Source: Vampirovibrionaceae bacterium NZW_1234 (GTDB lineage Bacteria; Cyanobacteriota; Vampirovibrionia; Vampirovibrionales; JAGQHJ01). Taken from it: a DNA stretch of 64,000 bases. A program made the position numbers and the translations under genes. Position 1 is the first letter of the stretch. Each line of letters starts with the position of its first letter. The DNA lies in assembly GCA_041697335.1 (NCBI GenBank), contig JBGUGD010000039.1, forward strand, positions 1-64,000. Direction: 5' to 3'. Below, piece by piece: positions 9,417 to 20,647 of the stretch. The notes under the pieces were generated by a model. That model was given only the letters and a program-made list of their open reading frames with translations, searched no databases and had not been told where the DNA came from.

Positions 9417-9652
9417 ATCGTCTCAGTTCCTTATCCAATCGCGCTACCCCAACCCGGATAGCTTTTACCACAATACGGAAGAGAACCCTCTCAAGCCACA
9501 AATTTGCGCATTTTTCCGGCCCTGATATCCAAATTGTTACAATCATCACAGGTATGAATATTTGTAAAGAAACGCCATCCCCGTGGGCAATTCAATTCAG
9601 TGCGCCGTGTTTGTTGGCCTGTAGACCCGTTGGCGTACAGGACACGGACAGA

Positions 9653-10921
9653 ATGCATATACCTTCCCATTTTGGCGCTTCTACCGCCCAAACCCCACCC
9701 TCTCGAAACAATGTAACCCGGGCAAGTAGGCTTCCGGCTACCCGCTTTGGTAGTACCCGGCCAACAGCAGCCCAAATGATTGCCCCGGAGATTATCGGGG
9801 CCAGCCCAGTCCTGGTTAAAGTGCTGGATGCCTTGCGAAAAGTGGCCAACACCGATGTCACGGTCCTGTTGCTGGGCGAAACCGGGGTGGGCAAAACAGC
9901 CTTTGCCAAGGTCCTGCATGCATTAACGGCTCACCGGGCTAATGGCCCCTTCGTTCCGGTGAATTGCGGCGCCGTCAACGAAAACTTAGCCGAATCCGAG
10001 TTTTTCGGCCACAAAAAAGGCGCTTTTACCGGAGCTCAGGCCGATCGAACGGGGCATTTCGTCCAAGCCCACGGCGGCACTCTGTTTTTGGATGAAGTGG
10101 GAGAAACACCGCTCCCCATGCAAGCCAAGCTGTTAAGCGCTTTGGAAGAAGGCCAGGTGACACCTGTCGGCTCCTCCACTGCGATGGCCGTGGATACCCG
10201 GATTGTGGCCGCCACAAACAAAGACCTGAGAGCCGCCACCAAAGACCGGAGCTTCCGGGCGGACCTGTATCATCGCCTCAAAGTATTTCCTATTGCGATT
10301 CCCGCCCTTCGGGATCGGCATGACGATATTTTGCCCCTAGCCCAGCATTTTCTGACCCAGAAACACCAGGCCTTGAGTACCAAGCTTCCCGACTTTAAGG
10401 CGCCCACCCAATTTAGCACCGAAGCCCTGACACTGCTGAAAGAGTATCATTGGCCGGGCAACATCCGAGAATTGAAGCAAGCGGTGGAAAGCGCCCTGAT
10501 TCTGGCCCAAGGGGAGTCCGAAATTCAGCCCGAACACCTGCTGGCCAGTTTGGATGGCGAGTTCAACGAGGAACCGGCTCAAGCCGAAAGCCCGTCACCT
10601 GCCAGAAGCCTGCTTCAAAATGAGGGCCCCAAGATCCAACTGGCTCTGACATCGGGCCAACAAGCTACTGTGCGCCCCTTGGCAATCCTGTACGATGAAA
10701 TGGCTGTTGAGGCCATTCGCTTGGCGTTAGGCCAAACCCGCAACAGCAAGCCCAAAGCCGCCGAACTCCTCGGCATCAGCCGCCGGACCTTGGATAAGGA
10801 AATTCAACGCCTGGGCTTGAAAGGCACCCCGCAAGAAACCCATATCAGTGTACCCATGTCTGACGACGTTGCCGAGACAGACGATGCCAATGATACGCCC
10901 CCCTCGGCACATACCGGTTAA
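9653..10921 (+). CDS. Sigma-54-dependent enhancer-binding protein (AAA+ plus Fis-type HTH) lacking a sensory/receiver domain
   Basis: GETGVGKT, VNCGA, ESEFFGHKKGAFTGA, LFLDEVGE, RIVAATN, WPGNIREL, AAELLGISRRTL; ATG 9653 chosen as likely start. Confidence 0.9.
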   Translation: MHIPSHFGASTAQTPPSRNNVTRASRLPATRFGSTRPTAAQMIAPEIIGASPVLVKVLDALRKVANTDVTVLLLGETGVGKTAFAKVLHALTAHRANGPFVPVNCGAVNENLAESEFFGHKKGAFTGAQADRTGHFVQAHGGTLFLDEVGETPLPMQAKLLSALEEGQVTPVGSSTAMAVDTRIVAATNKDLRAATKDRSFRADLYHRLKVFPIAIPALRDRHDDILPLAQHFLTQKHQALSTKLPDFKAPTQFSTEALTLLKEYHWPGNIRELKQAVESALILAQGESEIQPEHLLASLDGEFNEEPAQAESPSPARSLLQNEGPKIQLALTSGQQATVRPLAILYDEMAVEAIRLALGQTRNSKPKAAELLGISRRTLDKEIQRLGLKGTPQETHISVPMSDDVAETDDANDTPPSAHTG

Positions 10922-10942
10922 CCCTGTTGAGGATGTGATTGT

Positions 10943-13102
10943 ATGGACATTCGCTTGATGCCAGCCCAAATCTCCCTGGCCCCCGGGGCCCGATTCTCTC
11001 CCTTGACCTTTGGCGGGCTGCAAAAGAAACGAAAGGTTCAAACCGAAGCCCAAGAAGCCTCGGAACTCTTTGACGCCATCAAGAAACATCACCCCCGCCT
11101 GAGTGGGGACGAAGAAAAACGTCTGACCCGCCAACTGGTGACCAGCTACAACGAATTGGCCAAACTTTTCATAGACAGCGTGACGGCCAGCGCTCCGGCA
11201 GGACCGGATCAGGAGCAAATTCGCCAAGACGGCAGACTGCTTTCGGAAAAAATCACCGAAATCACTCAAACCGTTCATGCCGATCGTCTGAGAAGTGCGT
11301 CTCTCGTCCGGGAACGCCTTACCCAGGTTCAGGCCCTGGCGGCTGAAACCCTCAACAAGAAACAAAGCCAATTTGTCCGGGACACCCTGAGCCGCTTGAG
11401 TGTTAATGGTGATGGCCTGGTAAAAGCTTTGGGCAAAGAGGAGAAAAAGCAACTCCAGGTGATGATGGGAGGCTTGGTTCGCGCCCATAAAGATTCGGAG
11501 AATATGCCCCTCAAAACCGCCCTTGAAGATGCCCAAGAAACACTGAGGACCTTTATCGGCCTCGACAGCATTGGTCGCACCGGAGTGGTGTCCTTTATCA
11601 ACATGGAGTCCATGAAGCTCCTCTCTCGGATTAATCCTGTCCAGGGCCGTCGGCTCTGGGGAGAGTCCTACCAGGAAGGCTCCGAAGACGGGGACAAAGA
11701 CACTCCCAAAGAGAAAGGCAAACGTTCGCGAACTCCCCGGGGCATTTACAAGCTGGCTCAAATTCTGACCGAAGAACTGGAGACGCTCAACAAGGCCCGG
11801 CGGGAAAAGCGCCTGGCTGTTCTTCGCTCCGACAGCCCTGTCGATATGAATATCTATGCCTCTCAAGAACCTTTATTGGCGGTAATTCCGGAAGAAAACC
11901 GGGTCACGGCCATGAAGCTGGCCAAGGACCTGGTCAGTGCCAAAAAGCGCATTGCCGAAGGCAATCTGAAACTGGTGGCCAAACAAGCCCGGAAAAATAT
12001 GGGCCGTGGCCTGTCCTTCGTCGATCTCATCGGGGAAGGGAATGTGGGCCTGATTACGGCCACGGAAAAGTTCGACTACAACCCCGGCCACAAGCTTTCG
12101 ACCTACGCCACCTGGTGGATCAACCAATCTATCAAGCGCGCCTTACAATACCGCTTTTCGGTCCACCGCCCAGCCTACGTTGTGGAAGCAAATGGCTACT
12201 GGAAAAACCAGGAATCAACCTACTTTGGGCATTACGGCAAAACCCCATCGGCTATGCAGCTGGCCTTCTATACCCTTCACAACACCACACCCGAGGACAA
12301 AATTCTGAGCCAACTCGAGGCCTTCCAGGGCAATCTGGCGGATCTGGGCAATTTCCCTCGCTCAGGCAAAGCCATTACGGAACTTTTACTGGTCTTAAAA
12401 CTTCAGGAGACCGAAGCCCGCCTCCAAAAGAAGCTGCACCGGATGCCTACGGTCGACGAATTGGCTGGCGATAAAACCCTGGGGCTCAAAGCCACGAAGA
12501 TCAAACATATCCGCAGCAGCGATGCCTACCTTGAGGACCCCAATCCGACACTTGTCCGGATCATCAACGCCCAGGCTGACTACCAAAGCCGCTTCAAGAG
12601 TAAGCCCAGTAACGAAGAGCTGGCCTACTTCATGACCTTTAGACGTCAACCCACCGAAGCCAAGCTGGAACCCCTGATGGCTATTATCCAAAACTTCAAT
12701 GCCATCGAAAATTATCGTAGCAGCAACCGGGCCGAGACCCATTTTTCGGCTATGGGCCGCACGGAACAGGAAACCGATGAGCCGCAGTCGGCCGAAAATC
12801 TGTTGGAAGAAGCGGATGGCGAAAGCCCCGAGGACAAGGTCACCTTTGAGGATCTCAAAGAGGCCATTAAGACCCACCTCCTGAGATGGCTCAATGAGCG
12901 CCCTCGGGAAATTATCATGGATCGCTTCGGCATTGACAAAGGCGATCCCATGACCCTGGAAGACATTGCCCAAAAATACAAGCTCACCCGTGAGCGCATT
13001 CGCCAGATGGAGCAAAAGGCAATCCTGAAGCTCAAAACCGTCCTGGCCTATAAACCCCAGATTGCCCGGGCTTTTGAGGCCTTCGTCCAGACACATCAGT
13101 AG
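10943..13102 (+). CDS. Divergent RpoD-family sigma-70 factor (719 aa)
   Basis: Region 1.2-like [11 protein letters not shown]; region 2 [27 protein letters not shown]...EKFD...[12 protein letters not shown]; region 4 RFG.....[24 protein letters not shown]. Confidence 0.9.
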   Translation: MDIRLMPAQISLAPGARFSPLTFGGLQKKRKVQTEAQEASELFDAIKKHHPRLSGDEEKRLTRQLVTSYNELAKLFIDSVTASAPAGPDQEQIRQDGRLLSEKITEITQTVHADRLRSASLVRERLTQVQALAAETLNKKQSQFVRDTLSRLSVNGDGLVKALGKEEKKQLQVMMGGLVRAHKDSENMPLKTALEDAQETLRTFIGLDSIGRTGVVSFINMESMKLLSRINPVQGRRLWGESYQEGSEDGDKDTPKEKGKRSRTPRGIYKLAQILTEELETLNKARREKRLAVLRSDSPVDMNIYASQEPLLAVIPEENRVTAMKLAKDLVSAKKRIAEGNLKLVAKQARKNMGRGLSFVDLIGEGNVGLITATEKFDYNPGHKLSTYATWWINQSIKRALQYRFSVHRPAYVVEANGYWKNQESTYFGHYGKTPSAMQLAFYTLHNTTPEDKILSQLEAFQGNLADLGNFPRSGKAITELLLVLKLQETEARLQKKLHRMPTVDELAGDKTLGLKATKIKHIRSSDAYLEDPNPTLVRIINAQADYQSRFKSKPSNEELAYFMTFRRQPTEAKLEPLMAIIQNFNAIENYRSSNRAETHFSAMGRTEQETDEPQSAENLLEEADGESPEDKVTFEDLKEAIKTHLLRWLNERPREIIMDRFGIDKGDPMTLEDIAQKYKLTRERIRQMEQKAILKLKTVLAYKPQIARAFEAFVQTHQ

Positions 13103-13236
13103 TGAAGCCTGTGTCTCCCTTGAAAAGCCCCTCGTCCAGGCTATAGTCGAGTGCCTTTCACAGCGCTAGACTACAAATGGTATGGGATTTTCAGGTAAGC
13201 AAGCACATCACCAAGTACATTAAAAAGAGAGGCTTT

Positions 13237-14424
13237 ATGGCACTGGCATCTACCGCCCTCGCCCGGCTGTGTCAATGGACCTTAAATTCGGTTCTTCCCG
13301 AAAACGCCAATACCCCCATCCCGGTTCTGCCGTTTTCCCCCAGGTCCGTCGCCGTGATCCTCCCCATTTTTATTGGGGATACCGTTCTGGCCCTGCCCGT
13401 GCTTGAAACTTTGGCCCGTCATCTTTACCGCCAAGGCGGAAACCTCTATCTCATTGGGCCTCAAAGCCATTTAAACCTCGTGGAAACCCTGCCCTTCAAC
13501 CCACACCGCATCCTTATGCCAGAACCCCTGGCCGAGCGCACGGCCTTGTTACGAGCCCTTCATTGCGACTGCGTTCTGCTGTTGCGCTATTCCTTACCCT
13601 GGGGGGTTGCGGTCCTGGATGCCGGGATTCCCATTCGCATGGGCTTTACCCTGGAGCGCTTTGGTCTTCAGAAGCTCCATCGCTGGGGCGACATCCTGAC
13701 CCACGCCATTCCTTCCGGGCCCTTTGATTCGGCCTATCACCAGACCACCCACTTTCAAGCTATTTTAACGGCCTTTGGCCTCCCCTGGCACGACTATCAC
13801 CCGACCATTTACTTAAGCGACGGCGACTATGAAACCGCCAAAGCCATGCTGGCCGGCATCAGCGAGCCTCGTATCATTATTCATCTGTCGGCAGGCTCGC
13901 CCGGCAAACGCTGGCCACTGGAGTACTGGGCAGTTTTGGTTGATGCGGTGGCCGACCTGACCCATGGACAGTTCATCGCGCTGGGCATACCGCGGGACAG
14001 GGCCCATTACGAAAAGCTGGAATCCTTGGTGCGAGTGCCCATTCATAATTTCTGCGGCCAAACCACCTTGCGAGAGTCAGCAGCCCTCTGCCAGATGTCC
14101 GACCTGGTTATTACGCTGGACACGGCCATGGCCCACCTGGCCGCCGCCGTGGATGCCCCTCGGCTGGCCGTTTTGTATGGGCCGACCAATATTCCCATGT
14201 GGGAACCTGTGGTGTCACCTCGAACCCGGCTGGAGAAGATTGCCGTCCAGATTCCCTGCCGTCCATGCATTACCCGGACCTGTTACCATCGGGCCTGTAT
14301 GACCATGCTGACGCCAGAGCGGGTGTTTCATCGCATTCAAAAGCTCCTGGCCGATGAGCCATGGGTCGGTGCTCCAACATCGGTGGAGTCAACGGTTTAT
14401 CGTAAAACCGAAACTACGGTGTGA
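13237..14424 (+). CDS. GT9-family glycosyltransferase (ADP-heptose:LPS heptosyltransferase-like)
   Basis: [47 protein letters not shown]....C. Confidence 0.85.
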   Translation: MALASTALARLCQWTLNSVLPENANTPIPVLPFSPRSVAVILPIFIGDTVLALPVLETLARHLYRQGGNLYLIGPQSHLNLVETLPFNPHRILMPEPLAERTALLRALHCDCVLLLRYSLPWGVAVLDAGIPIRMGFTLERFGLQKLHRWGDILTHAIPSGPFDSAYHQTTHFQAILTAFGLPWHDYHPTIYLSDGDYETAKAMLAGISEPRIIIHLSAGSPGKRWPLEYWAVLVDAVADLTHGQFIALGIPRDRAHYEKLESLVRVPIHNFCGQTTLRESAALCQMSDLVITLDTAMAHLAAAVDAPRLAVLYGPTNIPMWEPVVSPRTRLEKIAVQIPCRPCITRTCYHRACMTMLTPERVFHRIQKLLADEPWVGAPTSVESTVYRKTETTV

Positions 14425-15511
14425 CGGCTTTGGGACTCTCCGCCAGCTTGGCGACCCGAAGGGCGATCTGGTCACCGATTTCCGAAGTGCCCACCACGTT
14501 TGAGCCAGGTTCGGCGATATCGTAGGTGCGATAGCCATCGTTCAAGGTTTGAAGCACGGCTTCATCCACCCATTTGGCAGCCTGGGCATAGCCAAAGGAA
14601 TGCTCCAGCATCATCGCTGCCGACATAATGGTGGCAATGGGGTTAACCTTATTTTGGCCCGCATACTTGGGCGCACTGCCGTGGGAGGGTTCGTACATTG
14701 CCCGATTGTTCTCGCCCAGGCTGGCGCTGGGGAGCATACCCAAGGAGCCGGTCAGCATCGAGGCCTCGTCCGACAGAATATCGCCAAAGGTGTTTTCCGT
14801 CAGCAGGACATCAAACTGCTTGGGATTGCGAATCAGCTGCATCGAGGCATTGTCGACGTACATATGGGTCAAGGCCACATCGGGGTATTGTTTGGCGATT
14901 TCCTCGACAGTTTCACGCCACAACTGGGAGCTGGCCAACACATTGGCCTTGTCCACCGAGCAGAGCTGACGGTTGCGGCCTTGGGCCAATTTGAAAGCGG
15001 CATGGGCAATGCGCTCGATTTCGAGCTTGGTGTAGAGCATGGTATCAAGGGCCCTGTCGGCCTCTTTTTGGCGGGGACGACCAAAGTACAAGCCACCGGT
15101 CAATTCCCGAACCACCATAATATCAATGCCATCCACGATTTCAGGCTTCAACGTAGAGGCGTGTAACAAAGGCTTATAGGCTTTCACCGGACGCAGGTTT
15201 GCAAACAACTCCATGGCCTTGCGAATCTGCAACAAGCCCTGTTCCGGACGACGCTCGGGCTCAATGGTGTCCCATTTGTAATCGCCCACCGCCCCAAGGT
15301 AAACGGCATCAGCCGCCAAGGCGAGCTTCAAGGTCGACTCCGGCAAGGGAACCCCACTGGACTCTAACCCCGCGCCACCGATATCGGCATATTCCAGCTC
15401 AAAAGTAGCCCCCAAAGGCCCTTCCAAAGCTTTCAAGACTTTTAACCCCTGATCCACAATCTCAGGGCCAATCCCATCACCGGGCAACACTGCAATTTTA
15501 TGAGATACCAT
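14414..15511 (-). CDS. leuB: 3-isopropylmalate dehydrogenase
   Basis: [20 protein letters not shown]...[41 protein letters not shown]. Confidence 0.95.
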   Translation of the reverse strand: MVSHKIAVLPGDGIGPEIVDQGLKVLKALEGPLGATFELEYADIGGAGLESSGVPLPESTLKLALAADAVYLGAVGDYKWDTIEPERRPEQGLLQIRKAMELFANLRPVKAYKPLLHASTLKPEIVDGIDIMVVRELTGGLYFGRPRQKEADRALDTMLYTKLEIERIAHAAFKLAQGRNRQLCSVDKANVLASSQLWRETVEEIAKQYPDVALTHMYVDNASMQLIRNPKQFDVLLTENTFGDILSDEASMLTGSLGMLPSASLGENNRAMYEPSHGSAPKYAGQNKVNPIATIMSAAMMLEHSFGYAQAAKWVDEAVLQTLNDGYRTYDIAEPGSNVVGTSEIGDQIALRVAKLAESPKAVTP

Positions 15512-15677
15512 CTTCACCGCTCCTTCTGTCAAACGTTTCCCCCATTCAACCACAAAGCCTCGCCAAGGTTAAGTGGCCCGGCAAACCTAATCGCATCCTC
15601 CTAAAATATTTTGCATAGCGCCTATCGAATTGGTGAGCTCCACGAGAAAAACAAGAACAAGTTTCTCTTAACGGAAC

Positions 15678-15686
15678 TTATCCACA
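15678..15686 (+). promoter_or_regulatory. Single consensus DnaA box
   Basis: TTATCCACA in the intergenic region between leuB and the island. Confidence 0.3.
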
Positions 15687-15726
15687 CAACAGACAAATAA
15701 AAATTAACAGAAATATCGCTCTCAGA

Positions 15727-18700
15727 TTATTGCAACTTCAACAATTCAATTGCCAAAGCTTTTACAGAATTAATTTGCTTATAATCATCAGAATACTCAA
15801 TTTTAAATGGCTCGGGCATTTTAACAATTTTAAAGTTCTCACTCTTTTTAAACTTATCCTCAAAGTCCAAATAATATTCACCAGGAGGTAAATTGCCAAA
15901 ATAGAAATAGCCATCTTCCATTGTTTCTGTCACTTGAACAACTTGCTTATCCTTGTTTATCAAAAGCAGCCGGATATAGGGAAATGTTGTCGAATTAGCA
16001 TCTTTGGGCAGAACACTCTTAATGGAAAGCTTACCACTAGCTGTACTCCCAGTCGCCTGAATCGGGACCAGTGCTTTATATAAAACCGGCTTTTTAATAT
16101 TAATATACATATCATCCGGAACTTTTAACGTTAAAGGTAATGTGTTGGAATTTACAGCAACACGGTGTTTTCCCAAAGTCAGATTAGAAACCATGAGTTC
16201 ACCTTGCTTATCGGTTTTCCCTTCAGGCTTATAATCAATATTCAGATCAATATCGGGCAAGAGGGGTTCCTTTTCAGAACGTTTCCCGTCAGCATTGTAA
16301 TCCAAAAAAGAAATCAGCTGCAGTCTTGCCTGTTTAGTCATGTTAGGACCACCAAACCGTAAGGAGTGCCCAACAAAACCAATTAAATCGGTAAAATTTG
16401 TAGTGACTTCATGTCGAACTGTCGATTGTAACTGTCTATCCACTTCCTGAAAGCCAAACCGAAACCGATTATAAAAGTACCCCAAACCAATCTTCCGGCC
16501 ATTCTTGGCTGTGTAATTAAACCTCATACCAATTCTATCGTTAATTTGGAGAGAGTTATAACTCAATTGAATCAAAGGCTCAATTTGAAATCTACCGATA
16601 TTCAGACTGGCCTTGATATACGAAAAATCCAGGACATTGGAATGCGTTGTACCAAGCTCAAGTGTATGTTTTTTTAGGAAGGGTAATTGTATTGAATTTG
16701 CCAGCCCTTTCTGAACGAACTCGTTTTCCAATACAATGGGAGTTGAGATTGGGTTTGCGGGATCGGGAAGTGTAATATTATTTGTGCTTTGGTTAAATAA
16801 ACGTAAATTATAGACCCAATTATTGCGGAAGGTTTTACTATAATTTAGATTCAACGATTGAGAAATAAATTCGTTCAGATTATTCGAACCAGCACTGCGA
16901 TTAAAGTTGAGATTTATCCGACCATTCTGGTTTAGGTTATAGCTGAGTATTCCATTTACTAACACAGCATTGACTCTTCCTCCCCTAACCAAATCAGATA
17001 GATTGCTTTGGTTTCCGGTAAGATTAAATTGATATGTTAGTGGGCGCTTAATTGAGTTCCCTGTCACTGATAATTTAATGCCTCGCCTATCATACAAGCC
17101 AGTGAGATTTTGTGTACTGGAGGGCGAATAATAATCGGTATCGTAATGGAAGAAAGACAAAGCCGATTTCAAGTGGCCATTATCATACTCAAAATTAATA
17201 ACCCCACTCTTTCCTAGTGCTGTATCGTCCAAAAAGTTTTGCGCACTGGAACGTAAGTTATACCGACTTATCCCAAAGTCAGATAAAAGAGAGACTTTCT
17301 CGCTCAACCTCCGATTAAGCGAAATTCCCAAGGCTTGGCCTTGGAAAAAATCAAAGTTGCGAATATAACTGGTTGAACCATTTAAAGGAACAAAGGGAGA
17401 CGCAAAGGTATTTTGGAAGAAACTTTGAGCTGGCCCCAAAATCGAATCATTCGCAAAGGAAACACCTAAAGTGGTTTTCTCGCCCAAGCCATAATAATAT
17501 CGCCCCCCCAATAATAATTTAAAAGATTGAGGAAGCAATAATGGGTTGTCACGGCTTGGTTGTGGGGGCGTAAACCGGGGAGGCGAGATACCTGCAAAAG
17601 TTGACCAGGCAGAAGTTTTAGGCAGTAAAAAGTTATTTCCGGAAATATAAGTTAGCTTGGACTTTAACGTTTGTGGCCCCTCATCGGACCTTGATATAAC
17701 CCTAACATCGCCAATATCTTTCGAGGTCAGAGTGACATCCGTAAAATTATACTTGTCATTGGCGTTAATTCTTTGGCGTTCTTCATTGTTAATCACTAAT
17801 ACGACTTCACCAGGTTGCTCAATTTTTCCATGAATCACATAACCTGGAGTATCGCTAATTTTAGCAGGTGTTAATGCATTTTTTGAGGCTAGTTTAATAC
17901 CCCAAGTCGGTAAGTTAGGACTGACAATGGGAGAAAGCCCAGCATCAAGGCTACCAATTTTTGTTTGAAAATCAGAGTTTTCTTTAACAAAAGCCCAGTC
18001 CACTGCTTGTAAGGTGGTTCGATTATTAAAACTTAGAAACTTTGGCTCCAAACTCCAATCCCATCCTCCGAAGCCGCCCGATAAACCAAATGAGGTTGTT
18101 GCGTTTCCTTGAGACAAATACCGAAAATCGCGAGCAATCGCGCCACGACCAGGGGGAATAGTACTATAGATACCCATATTTCGCTGTTGAATCGACAGTC
18201 GTTCAAGAAATTGACGCGATTCTTTAAGATCAATATTATTTTCTTCTTTTTTAGTGGCCTTCCTTGTTTGGGCTTTAATGTTACCGGATAATGGATTAAT
18301 TGTGAGCACTAAATTCTTCTGATCGTAAACCGTTTTAACATCAAAAATCGTCTCAAAGACCGCTTGGTCAATAATAAGATCTTGCGCATAAGAAATCCCT
18401 TTAACTTCAATCAAAGGGTGGGAATTATTAAGGATAACCTTACCATTTACCTTAATTTGTTTAGTGCTTAGATCGATGTTAATCACATCTTGATTCGGTG
18501 TTGTTAGGGCTCGGTAAATTTTTTTATCAGAATCATAGGAGCTTTCATGGCCCAAAAGCTTTCCGATAGTATTGACCGGTATCCCAATACTACCATCAGT
18601 ATATGAGTAGATTTCAACACTCTCATCAGACCGGTTAAAAATTTTAACACTGACAATATTTAACGAACCTTGACTTAAATCTGTAATTTCAGACTTTTGT

Positions 18701-19617
18701 TCCTTTTTCTCAAGACTATCTGTATCAGCAGGTACAGGTTCAATGTGCAATGGCTGAATTTCGTTTGGAGATGATGAAGTCAGAGGTATATTCGCACTGG
18801 AACCCTCACTGGTTTCTACATCCAAGAAGTTTATAGGCGAAGTCATTTGTTCAACTTCAGGTATTGTAACGGAAGTGCCTTCACTCACCAGAACGTCCTG
18901 GTTCTTGGCAGATGTGTTGGTAGATAAAGGCTCATAATGAATAGATAGTAACGAAGGATGGTGCTCAGCGGGTTCAGTTTTTTCAAGACCCAGCTTAACA
19001 GTTTGGGGAACCAAAGTATATTCAAATATATCTGAGGACGAGCGAATATTGGTTAAATCGTATTTGCTTAACCTTTTTGTTTTTGCCGACTTCTTCTTTT
19101 TATGTGGAATTAATGCTTGTTGAAGCATGGAAGAGACCGCATTTTCAGAATTGGAAATACCAGACTGAGGAAAAAAATAATCATGGTTTACATAAACCGA
19201 CTTGCTTGAGAGAGAGATAGGTGATGATACCTTAGGTGTAATCCACTCGGGATCCGAGGACAGAGCATTGCCAAAAGTCAGAAGCGGGTTTAAGGCAATA
19301 GAGAGAGCAAATGAACTGCTTAACCCAATTTTAAGAGTCTGCTGTTGAAGTATATCCGGATCAATAGTGATCAAACTTTCAACAGACAAAATATCTTGTA
19401 CAGCTCTGACTTCAAAATCAACTTCAAAAAAAGACTTAGCTTGCAGGCGCTCTTGACAGTGACGATAGGTATTCACACCCAATATCTGACTTAAAATACA
19501 AATTTCATAGGTAAGAGAGAGCCTCAGTGGCAACCTCTGGCTTTGCACGTTTTCTTTACTCTTAAACAAGAGATTGAGTAATCCTTCCGCTAGCACAGCT
19601 AAATTCTCATCTACCAA
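15727..19617 (-). CDS. Large usher-like outer-membrane protein with C-terminal SdrD-B/carboxypeptidase-regulatory-like repeats
   Basis: Long run of amphipathic beta-strands, YYYGL...TLG motif, FLDYNADGKR...EP and DGYFYFGNLPPGEY repeats; directly downstream of a PapD-like chaperone; start uncertain. Confidence 0.7.
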   Translation of the reverse strand: MVDENLAVLAEGLLNLLFKSKENVQSQRLPLRLSLTYEICILSQILGVNTYRHCQERLQAKSFFEVDFEVRAVQDILSVESLITIDPDILQQQTLKIGLSSSFALSIALNPLLTFGNALSSDPEWITPKVSSPISLSSKSVYVNHDYFFPQSGISNSENAVSSMLQQALIPHKKKKSAKTKRLSKYDLTNIRSSSDIFEYTLVPQTVKLGLEKTEPAEHHPSLLSIHYEPLSTNTSAKNQDVLVSEGTSVTIPEVEQMTSPINFLDVETSEGSSANIPLTSSSPNEIQPLHIEPVPADTDSLEKKEQKSEITDLSQGSLNIVSVKIFNRSDESVEIYSYTDGSIGIPVNTIGKLLGHESSYDSDKKIYRALTTPNQDVINIDLSTKQIKVNGKVILNNSHPLIEVKGISYAQDLIIDQAVFETIFDVKTVYDQKNLVLTINPLSGNIKAQTRKATKKEENNIDLKESRQFLERLSIQQRNMGIYSTIPPGRGAIARDFRYLSQGNATTSFGLSGGFGGWDWSLEPKFLSFNNRTTLQAVDWAFVKENSDFQTKIGSLDAGLSPIVSPNLPTWGIKLASKNALTPAKISDTPGYVIHGKIEQPGEVVLVINNEERQRINANDKYNFTDVTLTSKDIGDVRVISRSDEGPQTLKSKLTYISGNNFLLPKTSAWSTFAGISPPRFTPPQPSRDNPLLLPQSFKLLLGGRYYYGLGEKTTLGVSFANDSILGPAQSFFQNTFASPFVPLNGSTSYIRNFDFFQGQALGISLNRRLSEKVSLLSDFGISRYNLRSSAQNFLDDTALGKSGVINFEYDNGHLKSALSFFHYDTDYYSPSSTQNLTGLYDRRGIKLSVTGNSIKRPLTYQFNLTGNQSNLSDLVRGGRVNAVLVNGILSYNLNQNGRINLNFNRSAGSNNLNEFISQSLNLNYSKTFRNNWVYNLRLFNQSTNNITLPDPANPISTPIVLENEFVQKGLANSIQLPFLKKHTLELGTTHSNVLDFSYIKASLNIGRFQIEPLIQLSYNSLQINDRIGMRFNYTAKNGRKIGLGYFYNRFRFGFQEVDRQLQSTVRHEVTTNFTDLIGFVGHSLRFGGPNMTKQARLQLISFLDYNADGKRSEKEPLLPDIDLNIDYKPEGKTDKQGELMVSNLTLGKHRVAVNSNTLPLTLKVPDDMYINIKKPVLYKALVPIQATGSTASGKLSIKSVLPKDANSTTFPYIRLLLINKDKQVVQVTETMEDGYFYFGNLPPGEYYLDFEDKFKKSENFKIVKMPEPFKIEYSDDYKQINSVKALAIELLKLQ

Positions 19618-19724
19618 TTCGGCCTACTCTCTCACAAAATATTATGGCAGGCATCGAAAAAGTTACACACCATTGAAAAGATGAGTTTCTATCACTCAAT
19701 AACAGCCAGAAAATTTAAATACTG

Positions 19725-20603
19725 TTAGATCGAAACTTCGCACTGCTGGGTAAGAGTAGTATTAACCTTTCTCTCATCCGAAAGGCGTAACTCAAGGCGA
19801 TATTTACCAGCAGCATAAACATAGTCGGACGTTTCCGGAACAGCTATATCTAATGGTTCATTTTTTTTAGGTAAAACCACGAAAGTAGATTTACTCAAAT
19901 CTAAAATACCAAATGGTTCAAAATTATTGTTGAGTTGCTTTTCAATAATGACTCGAGGCTGTAAGCGAGCGGTTTTATTGCCTGCATTAAGTACTTGGGC
20001 ATTAATCAGAAAACTTTTTTGATTCGCAGCAAAAGAACATCTCGTCAAAGTGACAGATGGTTGAGATTGAAGCTCACCCTTAAACAAATAGCCGACATAG
20101 GCAAAATTAGGGACAGGTAAAACCCGAATCTGTGTTGAATTGGTATCACCATTATACTTATTCACCGATTGAACGAAGTCTGGAGTCATAGACTGACGGA
20201 ATGTTAATTTAATACGGTACTCGCCATCAGGAATAGCTTCAGGAAAACGCAACCCATAACGAACGACTTGCTTTTCTTGCGGTCCTAACTTAAATTCTGA
20301 CGGAGAAATAATAATATTTTCCAAAATTCCTGATTTAACATTATCAGGAACATCTATTGGTTTTTTATCAGTCATTGTCCATTCGGAGGGAAGCACCTTA
20401 ATACTAATCATCCCCTCGCTAGTATTCTTTATGGTCACTTGGCTGGATACAAAATTATCTTTTACTGTTAATTCTTCACGTAAAGGAATAATTGAATACG
20501 CTGCTTTCACCACATAAGACCAGGAAGGTAGCATTAAGATAGCACCGCCGACAACAGCAAGGCACCCCAAGCAAAACAATTTATGCATTCGGCTACACTT
20601 CAT
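19725..20603 (-). CDS. PapD-like periplasmic pilus chaperone
   Basis: Signal peptide, IIPLR start, ISPSEFKLGPQEKQVVR, PDGEYR, N.GN..AR motifs. Confidence 0.8.
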   Translation of the reverse strand: MKCSRMHKLFCLGCLAVVGGAILMLPSWSYVVKAAYSIIPLREELTVKDNFVSSQVTIKNTSEGMISIKVLPSEWTMTDKKPIDVPDNVKSGILENIIISPSEFKLGPQEKQVVRYGLRFPEAIPDGEYRIKLTFRQSMTPDFVQSVNKYNGDTNSTQIRVLPVPNFAYVGYLFKGELQSQPSVTLTRCSFAANQKSFLINAQVLNAGNKTARLQPRVIIEKQLNNNFEPFGILDLSKSTFVVLPKKNEPLDIAVPETSDYVYAAGKYRLELRLSDERKVNTTLTQQCEVSI

Positions 20604-20647
20604 ACTCTCATCCTTTTTTTATTTTTCACTACCACAGTATCCACAAC

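Noticed and set aside
9206..9652. 149-aa N-terminal extension of the sigma-54 activator in the ORF track
   Set aside because: It overlaps the opposite-strand Nudix gene and the divergent promoter region; ATG 9653 is more plausible
10727..11866. Long antisense ORFs (e.g. 10727-11866, 7192-7968, 12395-13096, 39315-40241)
   Set aside because: Shadow frames opposite well-supported genes, with no recognisable motifs
15678..15686. Replication origin suggested by a DnaA box
   Set aside because: Only one perfect box; no box cluster and no dnaA/dnaN nearby
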